This document shows, in pieces, positions 1 to 7,119 of a stretch of DNA of 17,320 nt; within the stretch, counting starts at the first letter, position 1; every line of letters starts with the position of its first letter. The stretch lies in IMG/VR virus record IMGVR_UViG_3300044641_000519. One strand, 5' to 3'. A model generated the notes under the pieces. That model was not told where the DNA came from and searched no databases. It worked only from the letters and a program-made list of their open reading frames with translations. This stretch comes from a virus. Lineage: Duplodnaviria; Heunggongvirae; Uroviricota; Caudoviricetes. The position numbers were made by a program, and so were the translations under genes.

Positions 1-1
1 T

Positions 2-310
2 TGCAATAGCAGCTTGTTTAGCTAATGATTTACCAGACTTAGCCATTTTCTTAGCACCTGCAATTCTATCTGCTTGTGTAGGATTAGGGTTTTTGTCAAT
101 ACCAGCTTTCACTGATAACATACCAAATGCTCCCCCCTTTTCAGCCTTAGGAGCTTTCTTCTTAGCCATAGCAGCTTTACCAAATACACCAGACTTATCT
201 AGTTCTTTAGCTTGCTTATCTCCAATCTTATCAATTGCAGACTTTTTATATACTTTACCAGTCATTTCACCTGGAACCATTTTACCAGTTTGAGCTTTCT
301 TCATTTTCAT
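2..310 (-). CDS. Lys/Ala-rich small basic phage protein (3'-truncated by window edge; not in ORF track)
   Basis: Hand translation from ATG at 310: MKMKKAQTGKMVPGEMTGKVYKKSAIDKIGDKQAKELDKSGVFGKAAMAKKKAPKAEKGGAFGMLSVKAGIDKNPNPTQADRIAGAKKMAKSGKSLAKQAAIA..., open to the window edge; same composition and strand as neighbours. Confidence 0.8.
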   Translation of the reverse strand, partial: MKMKKAQTGKMVPGEMTGKVYKKSAIDKIGDKQAKELDKSGVFGKAAMAKKKAPKAEKGGAFGMLSVKAGIDKNPNPTQADRIAGAKKMAKSGKSLAKQAAIA

Positions 311-329
311 TTTATAAAGATTTTAATTT

Positions 330-749
330 TTAACATTTCCATTTACGTAAAGACTTATTGATTCTACTATTAGGATCATTAGCAGTCTTAGAACTTGTAA
401 GTTTCTTTTTCATACCACTCATCCTAGCACAGAATGATTTCTTTCTAGGACCACCTTCAGGTTGTGGAGCTTTAAGACCTGGCTTACCTGGGTTAGCTCT
501 GTTATAAGAGGCTCTACCTTTTGCATTGAGACCACCTGAAGGATTCTTGCCTTCTTTACGTTGCCAAGCTGGTGAGCTTCCACCATTCTTTAATGATGTA
601 CCATCTTTTTTAATTAGATGACCATTAGGAACAGGAGTAATAGAACCCTTAATAGGACTTAGAGTGTCCCCATTTTTAAGGACTCTCTTACCTACATAAG
701 CTTCAGCTTTCTGTGGGTTGTAAACTTTTGTCTTAGGTATTCTAGCCAT
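330..749 (-). CDS. Basic phage protein with C-terminal conserved domain (DUF6321-like, from recall)
   Basis: Start moved to MARIPKTK (ATG 749, one base after the upstream TAA at 751-753). C-terminal AWQRKEGKNPSGGLNAKGRASYN...RKKSFCARMSGMKKKLTS...DPNSRINKSLRKWKC resembles a family common in aquatic tailed phages. Confidence 0.75.
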   Translation of the reverse strand: MARIPKTKVYNPQKAEAYVGKRVLKNGDTLSPIKGSITPVPNGHLIKKDGTSLKNGGSSPAWQRKEGKNPSGGLNAKGRASYNRANPGKPGLKAPQPEGGPRKKSFCARMSGMKKKLTSSKTANDPNSRINKSLRKWKC

Positions 750-750
750 G

Positions 751-921
751 TTATTTAGCTTTACGCTTTGCAGCAATCTTCTTGAATGTCTTAGCTAATA
801 CTTTAGCCTTTCCTGTACAACCAGGTTTAGTGATAGGTGTACATTTGCCTTCTGTACCTCTAGCCTTAATAGACTTAGATACTTTCTGCATCCACTTGCC
901 ATCTTTTTTAGCTGTTGCCAT
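751..921 (-). CDS. 56-aa basic protein with two Cys (KCTPITKPGC)
   Basis: Start moved to MATAKKDGKW (ATG 921, TAA-C-ATG junction with upstream gene); Lys-rich. Confidence 0.75.
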   Translation of the reverse strand: MATAKKDGKWMQKVSKSIKARGTEGKCTPITKPGCTGKAKVLAKTFKKIAAKRKAK

Positions 922-922
922 G

Positions 923-1267
923 TTATTTCTTTTTAGACTTAAGTTTAGGAGCCATCTCACCACTACGCTTTTCTATTAATTCAGATTCACGCTTTAATGC
1001 TGCTTTTCTGAAACTTGCTGGATTCACTTCTTTTGTAGCAGCTTGTTTCTTATTAAGACCAAATTGCATTTCAGAACGTCCATTCTTTGCCATCTTAGTA
1101 GCACCAAGTTCTTTATCTTTAGTTAACTTAGCTTTGCCTTTAGCACCTGCTAAGGTAGCTTCTTGAACTTTAGTCCAAGCACCCTGAGGGTCAATAGGGC
1201 CTACACGCTTATCAGAAGCTTTCATTCCTGAAAGACTACCCATTCTGTCTTTTTTTACAGTTGCCAT
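923..1267 (-). CDS. Small basic hypothetical phage protein
   Basis: 114-aa ORF; TAATG overlap with upstream ORF at 1267; Lys-rich with MAKNG motif. Confidence 0.8.
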   Translation of the reverse strand: MATVKKDRMGSLSGMKASDKRVGPIDPQGAWTKVQEATLAGAKGKAKLTKDKELGATKMAKNGRSEMQFGLNKKQAATKEVNPASFRKAALKRESELIEKRSGEMAPKLKSKKK

Positions 1268-1416
1268 TATTTTTTAGTTTTAGCTTTTATTTTCTTTTCT
1301 TGTTTTAACATAGCAGCTGTAGGTTTCTTTCCAGATCCTTTAGCAGCTCTAATATTGTCCCAAAGACCACGCTGTGAAACAGAGCCATCTTTACGTTTAA
1401 TCATTTCCTTTGCCAT
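1267..1416 (-). CDS. 49-aa basic protein (not in ORF track)
   Basis: MAKEMIKRKDGSVSQRGLWDNIRAAKGSGKKPTAAMLKQEKKIKAKTKK*; fills the gap exactly with TAATG overlaps at both ends (1416 and 1267). Confidence 0.85.
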   Translation of the reverse strand: MAKEMIKRKDGSVSQRGLWDNIRAAKGSGKKPTAAMLKQEKKIKAKTKK

Positions 1417-1682
1417 TATAAACTAGATTTATTTTCAGGAACCTCTACTACTATACCAGCTTCAACTGCAGCAGCCAATGTATCTTCAAGAACATCTCCT
1501 GCTTGTTTAGCTAATAAAATAGTTTGTGCTTCCTTTGTATTAATAACTGCACGCATTGCGTTTAATAACATTCCAAAATTACCACCATCTAATACAAACT
1601 TAGCATTCATATCCCATGTATACTTTTTGTTTGGATCAAACTTAGGAACTTGTTGTTCTTGTAAATCAATAATCTCTGCCAT
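1416..1682 (-). CDS. Hypothetical acidic protein
   Basis: 88-aa ORF directly downstream of a predicted promoter; coupled to next gene by TAATG. Confidence 0.8.
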   Translation of the reverse strand: MAEIIDLQEQQVPKFDPNKKYTWDMNAKFVLDGGNFGMLLNAMRAVINTKEAQTILLAKQAGDVLEDTLAAAVEAGIVVEVPENKSSL

Positions 1683-1706
1683 ATAATTATATTTTTGGTT
1701 TAGTCA

Positions 1707-1738
1707 CAAAGATATGCATTTATTGCGTATCTTCCAAA
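1707..1738 (-). promoter_or_regulatory. Bacteroidota RpoD-type promoter (TTTG-N20-TATCTTTG)
   Basis: Minus strand: TTTG (1738-1735), 20-nt spacer, TATCTTTG (1714-1707); matches the -33/-7 consensus and lies just upstream of ATG 1682. Confidence 0.7.
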
Positions 1739-2013
1739 TTTATTTCAAATGTTATAGTTGCTGAACTTTTAATGCTTTTAGACAGATTCAGTCTAATCTT
1801 GAACATGTTGTGAAACTTTAAGATTTCTTCTAGCAACATCTCATTGTACATAGGCAATGAAGGTGCCAATCTAAAGTGATACGAATTAGGATTCTTAGTA
1901 ATCTCTAACGTAGATAGTTCATCAACTGAGGATATAATTCCCTCAAGGTGTGCAAAATAAACTATTTCATTATCTTGCATCACCTGAGGAAAAAATTTCT
2001 TGTTAATTTGCAT
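1720..2013 (-). CDS. Hypothetical protein
   Basis: 97-aa ORF with TAATG overlap to the upstream ferritin-like gene at 2013. Confidence 0.75.
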   Translation of the reverse strand: MQINKKFFPQVMQDNEIVYFAHLEGIISSVDELSTLEITKNPNSYHFRLAPSLPMYNEMLLEEILKFHNMFKIRLNLSKSIKSSATITFEINLEDTQ

Positions 2014-2417
2014 TAAGACAAGGTTAATAAGTATTTAGTTTTTGCTGCTTCTCCTGATAGGGCATCAGCTAAATTAGCTATATCATGATAGCTGTTTGAT
2101 TCAGCATATCTCTTTAAGTTACTAGAGAAGTCCATAAGTGCTGTGACAACTGAATTAGAGTCTGCCCCACTTAATGCTTCTATTTTATATACACCAGGAC
2201 GCTTACCTGTATAACCCATAAGCTTCTCTATCACACCATCTTTAAAATCTTGTACATATTCATATAACTTTCCAAGAGCCTTGTGCTGTGCATAACTAGT
2301 TGTCTGCCAGTGTAATAGATGTAATTGCTCATGAAAATATGTAAGCTTCCCAGCTATTGTTTCCAAGTTTAATTCTCCTGATTTCATCATCTCATCAGGG
2401 AATAATGATTTTGCCAT
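2013..2417 (-). CDS. Dps/ferritin-like four-helix-bundle protein (DUF5856-like, from recall)
   Basis: HLLHWQT-SYAQHKALGKLYE...DFKDGVIEKLMG matches the Dps pattern H-W...H..L..LY......D..(A/I)E; predicted all-helical. Confidence 0.7.
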   Translation of the reverse strand: MAKSLFPDEMMKSGELNLETIAGKLTYFHEQLHLLHWQTTSYAQHKALGKLYEYVQDFKDGVIEKLMGYTGKRPGVYKIEALSGADSNSVVTALMDFSSNLKRYAESNSYHDIANLADALSGEAAKTKYLLTLS

Positions 2418-2432
2418 TATTATTGGTTTTTA

Positions 2433-2858
2433 TTAGTCTTGAAAGATGTCAAATGATAACACTCCATCAGGACATAAATTATTTTTTACTGATAAAGGAA
2501 CACTTAATTGTACAGTGGTTGCATTTACAGCTGAATATGTTCCAAACGCTCTAGTTTCTTCATTACTATTAAGAAGATCAATTAGTTCAGTCATATTTGC
2601 TGCACCTTCTTGTGTAAAAACTGTAGATATATCTTCTTCATCACATATCATTATAACAGAGACAAACGTTAAAGGAAATGCTGCTGGAATAGTATCTGTT
2701 ATCAATGTAGGAGCAGGATTACAACACTCGTTTGCATCTATCTCTTGCCAGTTACCTACTTGTGGTTTGAATCTTTGTAAGATCAAACTACCTGCAATGA
2801 CACGTCCTGTACCATCGTAACGTACATATGCTTTTAATCTATTATTGCTATTTGCCAT
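2433..2858 (-). CDS. Module-B protein, long form (conserved N-terminal module + ~90-aa globular domain)
   Basis: N-terminal RLKAYVRYDGTGRVIAGSLILQRFKPQVGNWQEIDANECCNP is paralogous to the N-terminus of 2871..3122. Confidence 0.85.
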   Translation of the reverse strand: MANSNNRLKAYVRYDGTGRVIAGSLILQRFKPQVGNWQEIDANECCNPAPTLITDTIPAAFPLTFVSVIMICDEEDISTVFTQEGAANMTELIDLLNSNEETRAFGTYSAVNATTVQLSVPLSVKNNLCPDGVLSFDIFQD

Positions 2859-2870
2859 GTTTATTTAAGT

Positions 2871-3122
2871 TTAAGTAGGTTGAGTAGTAGTTGTAGTAGT
2901 AGTAGGAGTAGCAGTCGTAGTAGTAGTTGTTGTACTTGTACTTGTGCTTGTACTACTTGTAGTAGTTGTAGTAGTTGGATTGCAGCATTCATAAGCTGGA
3001 ATCTCTACCCACTTACCCACTTTTGGTTTCTTTCTTCTTAAGATTAGGCTGCTTGGAACGATTCTTCCAGTACCATCAAAGCGTACATAAGCTTTGAGAG
3101 GGCGATTGTCAATTGAGGCCAT
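2871..3122 (-). CDS. Module-B mini-protein with poly-Thr mucin-like tail
   Basis: RPLKAYVRFDGTGRIVPSSLILRRKKPKVGKWVEIPAYECCNP followed by 34 residues, 30 of them Thr/Ser. Confidence 0.85.
   Translation of the reverse strand: MASIDNRPLKAYVRFDGTGRIVPSSLILRRKKPKVGKWVEIPAYECCNPTTTTTTSSTSTSTSTTTTTTTATPTTTTTTTQPT
2874..2975. repeat. Degenerate GTA/GTT trinucleotide tract encoding poly-Thr/Ser
   Basis: gtagttgtagtagtagtaggagtagcagtcgtagtagtagttgttgtacttgtactt... on + strand; mixed ACN codons on the coding strand. Confidence 0.9.
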
Positions 3123-3124
3123 AA

Positions 3125-4141
3125 TTAATAATTTATATTATATTTTGTTTTTAATTCCATTAATTGTGTAAGGTAGTAATGATTAGCATGCTTTTTAGAT
3201 GTTTCATCATTTAAAACCTTATCTAAATGTGTATCTAGAAAAGGATCTTTACCAGTGTGGTATGCTCCCTTGTAGAAAGCAGGATATCCCATACTAGTCT
3301 GTCCTGTAATTCCTGCGTTATGTAATATAGTTGTTCTCTCTAGTTTCTCTATAGGATCTGAAGACCAACAGAATTCCATTTCAGGAATATTCTTTGTCTC
3401 TTGTTCTCTAAGCCAAACGTTCCATAACACAGCCCACATATCTGCACACCAGCTTTGAAACCCTTTATTCTCATCTTTAAAGAACTCTTTGTTTATGTTC
3501 TGAAGGTAGACACGTATTAATATACAGTCATTCATCACCTTCTTCCAGAAATTAGCATCTATGTTCTTAAGGAAGTATTGAGCTCCTCCTGAATGATCAT
3601 TGTTAGCTTCAGCTATCTCTCTTGTTATACCCACTAAGCTTGTAAGCTCAGCTAAGACATCTCTAGTTTGGTACTCTTCCACCTTATCGAATAAGACATC
3701 TCTTAATTTACTATCAAAATATGAAGCATTGATGTAGCTGTTTGTGTCAGATAGATAGTTTATATCATCATCTTTAAACTTGTCAACATCAAATTTATCT
3801 GTAAAGATTACGTCACAGTCACAGTAAAACACTGCTTTGGTAACCATATCAGGATTGTCCTGGAAATATCTCATTAAGCAATAAGGACGTAGAATAGGAA
3901 TATAAACTCCTAAATACTGACTTACGTCTCCTGAATCCTTGTAGAAAGCAAACTTTGCTTCAGGATACAGTTCCATGATCTTCTCCCATTGTCCATTGTA
4001 TTCTCTAAAACTAGGTGTGTACACTAAAACAATTGCCTTGTCTGAATGTCCAAGCTTCTTCAAGCTTTCCAACCATAGATGTACCTGCCATGTGTAGTAT
4101 ACATCATCTGGTTGTGCACAGATAAATTTAAGATCCTTCAT
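3125..4141 (-). CDS. GT-A fold glycosyltransferase, HPAT/peptidyl-serine galactosyltransferase (GT95/GT96)-like
   Basis: Start moved to MKDLKF (ATG 4141, 338 aa). DxD motif in VFYCDCDVIF; motifs YYTWQ, YIPILRPYCL, GGAQYFL, WCADMWAVLW and ILHNAG are ordered like those of plant HPAT/SGT1 enzymes (Y..WQ, Y..NKP, W..EMY). Confidence 0.65.
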   Translation of the reverse strand: MKDLKFICAQPDDVYYTWQVHLWLESLKKLGHSDKAIVLVYTPSFREYNGQWEKIMELYPEAKFAFYKDSGDVSQYLGVYIPILRPYCLMRYFQDNPDMVTKAVFYCDCDVIFTDKFDVDKFKDDDINYLSDTNSYINASYFDSKLRDVLFDKVEEYQTRDVLAELTSLVGITREIAEANNDHSGGAQYFLKNIDANFWKKVMNDCILIRVYLQNINKEFFKDENKGFQSWCADMWAVLWNVWLREQETKNIPEMEFCWSSDPIEKLERTTILHNAGITGQTSMGYPAFYKGAYHTGKDPFLDTHLDKVLNDETSKKHANHYYLTQLMELKTKYNINY

Positions 4142-4167
4142 ATATGTAGTTTGTTGGTTTCTCTTTA

Positions 4168-4341
4168 TTAAGGAGCAGGTGTAGTGGTCGTAGTAGTTGT
4201 TGGTGCCACTGTAGTTGTGGTTGTTGTTGTAGACGCTGGAGGATGAGCTGTAACTTGTGTTAAATATTCCAATTGTTTGGATATCTGCCAAAGTAAATTA
4301 TCTGTTGTACTCCAACCTATTTGTCTTGATGGTATTGCCAT
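4168..4341 (-). CDS. Module-A mini-protein with poly-Thr tail (57 aa; not in ORF track)
   Basis: MAIPSRQIGWSTTDNLLWQISKQLEYLTQVTAHPPASTTTTTTTVAPTTTTTTTPAP*; N-terminal ~25 aa nearly identical to the start of 4346..5104. Confidence 0.9.
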   Translation of the reverse strand: MAIPSRQIGWSTTDNLLWQISKQLEYLTQVTAHPPASTTTTTTTVAPTTTTTTTPAP

Positions 4342-4345
4342 GATA

Positions 4346-5104
4346 TTATCCTATTTGTGTTACTGTTAAAATTATTGATGGTATATCTGGATGAACAGGA
4401 GCGACTCCTACTGGTTCATGTGCAAGTGTTACAGCATTATCCACGTTACTATCTATATGCCAAGCCAGTTGAAATGTATTTCCTGCACCAGCATCTACTA
4501 AGAAGTTCCAAGCAGCTACAATATATACTGAGTTACCTGGGAATGATATATAACTAGCAGAAGATGGCACATCTACACCATTTTTTCTTAACCATATTGT
4601 TGCTCTTGTAGCACTATTGCCAGTAGTACTTACCATCTGAGCACTAAATTGTATATTATATTTTCCAGCGTTTGCTACAGTAATTAATGTAGGATTACTA
4701 GAACCATCGTTTGTTATACTTACACCATTACTCAAATCTGTATTACCAAACTTCATAAACAATACAGTAGCACGTGGTCCAGTTTGATCAGTTACATCAT
4801 AAAACGAACCATAATAAAGACTAGATGCTCCACTAATACCAGATGTACCAGAAAACCCTGTTGTACCTGATGTACCAGCTTGACCTGATGTACCAGCTGT
4901 TCCAGCTGCCCCACTTGTACCTGATGTTCCAAAGGTAGCACCACTAGTACCACTAGATCCTGTAAGTCCAGAAGTACCTGAAGAGCCAGAGCCTCCAGAT
5001 GTACCACATGCTACTATACAACCTATCCCTTCTATCTGTTTAGAGATTTCCCACAACAGGTTATCAGTTGTGCCCCATCCTATCTGTCTACTTGGTATCG
5101 CCAT
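4346..5104 (-). CDS. Fibre/decoration-like protein: module A + Gly-X-Y (GTS) collagen-like stalk + C1q/TNF-like beta-sandwich head
   Basis: MAIPSRQIGWGTTDNLLWEISKQIE; 20 Gly-X-Y triplets; C-terminal YGSFYD...GKYNIQFSAQ...IWLRKNGVDVP...AAWNFLV...PSIILTVTQ typical of C1q/BclA-CTD-like heads. Confidence 0.75.
   Translation of the reverse strand: MAIPSRQIGWGTTDNLLWEISKQIEGIGCIVACGTSGGSGSSGTSGLTGSSGTSGATFGTSGTSGAAGTAGTSGQAGTSGTTGFSGTSGISGASSLYYGSFYDVTDQTGPRATVLFMKFGNTDLSNGVSITNDGSSNPTLITVANAGKYNIQFSAQMVSTTGNSATRATIWLRKNGVDVPSSASYISFPGNSVYIVAAWNFLVDAGAGNTFQLAWHIDSNVDNAVTLAHEPVGVAPVHPDIPSIILTVTQIG
4823..5005 (-). repeat. Gly-X-Y (mostly Gly-Thr-Ser) coding repeat
   Basis: Residues 34-94: 8 triplets, a single Phe insertion, then 12 triplets; no Pro. 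Confidence 0.9.
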
Positions 5105-5111
5105 AATCTAA

Positions 5112-5141
5112 CAAAGATATGTTACTTTTTAATATTAACAA
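5112..5141 (-). promoter_or_regulatory. Bacteroidota RpoD-type promoter (TTG-N19-TATCTTTG)
   Basis: Minus strand TTG (5141-5139), 19-nt spacer, TATCTTTG (5119-5112); 7 nt upstream of ATG 5104. Confidence 0.7.
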
Positions 5142-5197
5142 TGAGTATCAATAATTTACAATAACAAAATTAGTTAAACATGTTTTAACTTTTTTAG

Positions 5198-6406
5198 TTA
5201 TAAATTTACCTTGCTTCCAACCACTGCAAAGAACAACATTGGTATGCTAGGATTTGTGCTAACACTAGTCTTTAGTCCTGTGTTAAACTTGAATCTTTTT
5301 GTAATTGAGTAGTCCATATTGAAGCCTGTAAGGAACATCATATCTTCACTTATTTCAAAGGTGTTATCCTTTATTCCATATGTTACAGGGCTCCCAGAGA
5401 TATATAGGTCAGGAGATATGGTCAGTCTTCTGTTTATAGTGAAAGGTTTTGTGTAAAACACTAACAATGAATGAGTTGTAGTGAACTGTTGTTCTGACTT
5501 CTGAATACTCACTGTAGCATTTATACCTGTCACTCCCCACTTTCCTAGTGGATATATTTGTGCATAGGTTAGGAAACCAAATGTATTTCCAAACGCATGC
5601 ACTAATGTGGCACCTGTGTTATCTATTCTATATAGTTTACCTTCATCAAAGTTCATTTTGGTATAGCGTCCACTAAGAGCAAACTGCTGTAGATTACTCC
5701 ATACCATACCTGTGAGTCCCCAACTTACATCCCCAGCCATAGATGTTTGTGATATACCTGATGTAACTATGAGCTGTACTGAGTTATCTAATGTTTGTCC
5801 TGCTGTAAGATCAGAGTTAAATAGTATAGGGTTCATTTTAGCTTGACCTTTTGCTCCCCCTTTACCACCTGACTTACCCCCTCCCCCCTTGCTTTCAGAT
5901 TTGCTTTCAGATTTAGATTCTCCTGAAGAACTTTCAGAAGAGCTAGACTCAGAACTTCCTCCTCCACCTCCACCACCACTGTCTCCTCCTGAGCTTGTAA
6001 CAGATCCACTAGCACTTGATGCTGCAGCACCTGCAGCTGAGCTAGCAGCAGAAGAGGCAGCTGAACTTACAGCCCCACTAACAGCACCACTTACAGCTGA
6101 TGAGACAGCAGTTGCTGTAACAATTGTAGCAGTTTGTGCTGCTTGAGCCACTGAACACGCAGAAAACTTTTTATATTCTTCGAAAGCTTGACTGATCCAG
6201 GCTTGAAGAGCCCCACTATATACATCACTAGCTGTAAAACTTTTAGATTTATTATAAATAACAATAGTGGTAGAACCAGTAATAGGTATACTAAAGACAC
6301 TTGTAACTTTTGTACAAGGATCTGTCCAAGTTTGTATAATGGTTTGAGAATACCCATATAATGGTAGTATAACTACTGTTATTAGAATAAATATAAACTG
6401 TTTCAT
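5198..6406 (-). CDS. Exported protein: signal peptide, small 2-Cys domain, Ala/Ser/Gly-rich linker, predicted outer-membrane beta-barrel
   Basis: Signal peptide ending YGYS-Q; C-terminal ~210 aa of amphipathic strands rich in G/Y/F, ending FFAVVGSKVNL. Confidence 0.65.
   Translation of the reverse strand: MKQFIFILITVVILPLYGYSQTIIQTWTDPCTKVTSVFSIPITGSTTIVIYNKSKSFTASDVYSGALQAWISQAFEEYKKFSACSVAQAAQTATIVTATAVSSAVSGAVSGAVSSAASSAASSAAGAAASSASGSVTSSGGDSGGGGGGGSSESSSSESSSGESKSESKSESKGGGGKSGGKGGAKGQAKMNPILFNSDLTAGQTLDNSVQLIVTSGISQTSMAGDVSWGLTGMVWSNLQQFALSGRYTKMNFDEGKLYRIDNTGATLVHAFGNTFGFLTYAQIYPLGKWGVTGINATVSIQKSEQQFTTTHSLLVFYTKPFTINRRLTISPDLYISGSPVTYGIKDNTFEISEDMMFLTGFNMDYSITKRFKFNTGLKTSVSTNPSIPMLFFAVVGSKVNL
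5840..6154 (-). repeat. Low-complexity coding tract (AVSS/AVSG/AASS, poly-Gly, SSES, ESKS repeats)
   Basis: Residues ~85-189 of the 402-aa protein; includes a tandem tgctttcagatt duplication near 5890-5915. Confidence 0.85.
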
Positions 6407-7119
6407 TACTTTGTGAAGATACCTTTCTTCACCATTCTATCCAAGATTCTAGCACAAGCAATATCTAGAGCCTTCTTTGTAGCAATAGATATAGTTGATT
6501 GATTAAATTTTACAGGATCTAGACTTGCGTCTGACAATCCTGAAGTTTCTTTAGTTGTTTTAGCATCTCCTAATCCAGAGCCAGAGAACACAACACCTGT
6601 CTCAGCATCTGTAAACCTCACCTGAAGACCAATGCGTGTCACCATAAGCTGGCTTGTTGCTAGCTTTGAGCTCACTGTTTCATCTTCAGAGATAGAATAG
6701 TCATAGCATTCAATAGTAACAAAGTATTTAGCTAAGTTTATCTTACCACGTCCATCTAGTTTGTTCTCAGATATTCCAGCAGCTGATGCTTGGAACTGCT
6801 TTACCATTCTGTTCTTAATCTCAGTCTTATCTTCAGTGAACTTAAATCTATTTAGATTCTCTAAGTATTCCATAGATATATTAGCCACCCCTAATCCTAC
6901 ACGCTTCTCTTTAAGCTCAGGATACATTTCATACATTTCATCTGATATACCACACTTCAGGATTTGGATAGGAATTTGAGGTCCTTCGTAATCCAGGAAG
7001 TCAGAAATGTCAATAGACTTCTCAAAGCTAGCTTTATACTGCTCTGTAGAAGTCTTTGCCAATTGACTATTTACTGCTCCAGAGAACAGTAAACAGCCTA
7101 TAAGAATTAAATATTTCAT
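6406..7119 (-). CDS. CsgG/HfaB-like exported protein
   Basis: Signal peptide ending AVNS-Q; LGVANISMEYLENLNRFKFTE...GKINLAKYFVTIECYDYS...TRIGLQVRFTDAETGVVFSGSGLGDAK resembles the CsgG pattern (RF.++ER; G.+..A.Y++; +.+.+R++D..TG.++). No lipobox seen. Confidence 0.7.
   Translation of the reverse strand: MKYLILIGCLLFSGAVNSQLAKTSTEQYKASFEKSIDISDFLDYEGPQIPIQILKCGISDEMYEMYPELKEKRVGLGVANISMEYLENLNRFKFTEDKTEIKNRMVKQFQASAAGISENKLDGRGKINLAKYFVTIECYDYSISEDETVSSKLATSQLMVTRIGLQVRFTDAETGVVFSGSGLGDAKTTKETSGLSDASLDPVKFNQSTISIATKKALDIACARILDRMVKKGIFTK

Noticed and set aside
4142-4291. 50-aa N-terminal extension of the GT ORF
   Set aside because: It overlaps a better-supported 57-aa gene in another frame (4168..4341), and the Asn/Tyr/Ser content is a frame-shifted reading of the Thr codons.
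5172-5190. AGTTAAA-N5-TTTAACT hairpin after the export operon as a terminator
   Set aside because: The stem is AT-only apart from one GC pair, and the T-run follows it on the wrong strand for the minus-strand operon; too weak to call.
2874-6154. Repeat tracts as possible CRISPR array, DGR template/variable repeats or mobile-element ends
   Set aside because: All are in-frame low-complexity coding repeats with no repeat-spacer periodicity, no adenine-specific variant pair, and no RT, cas or transposase gene in the window.
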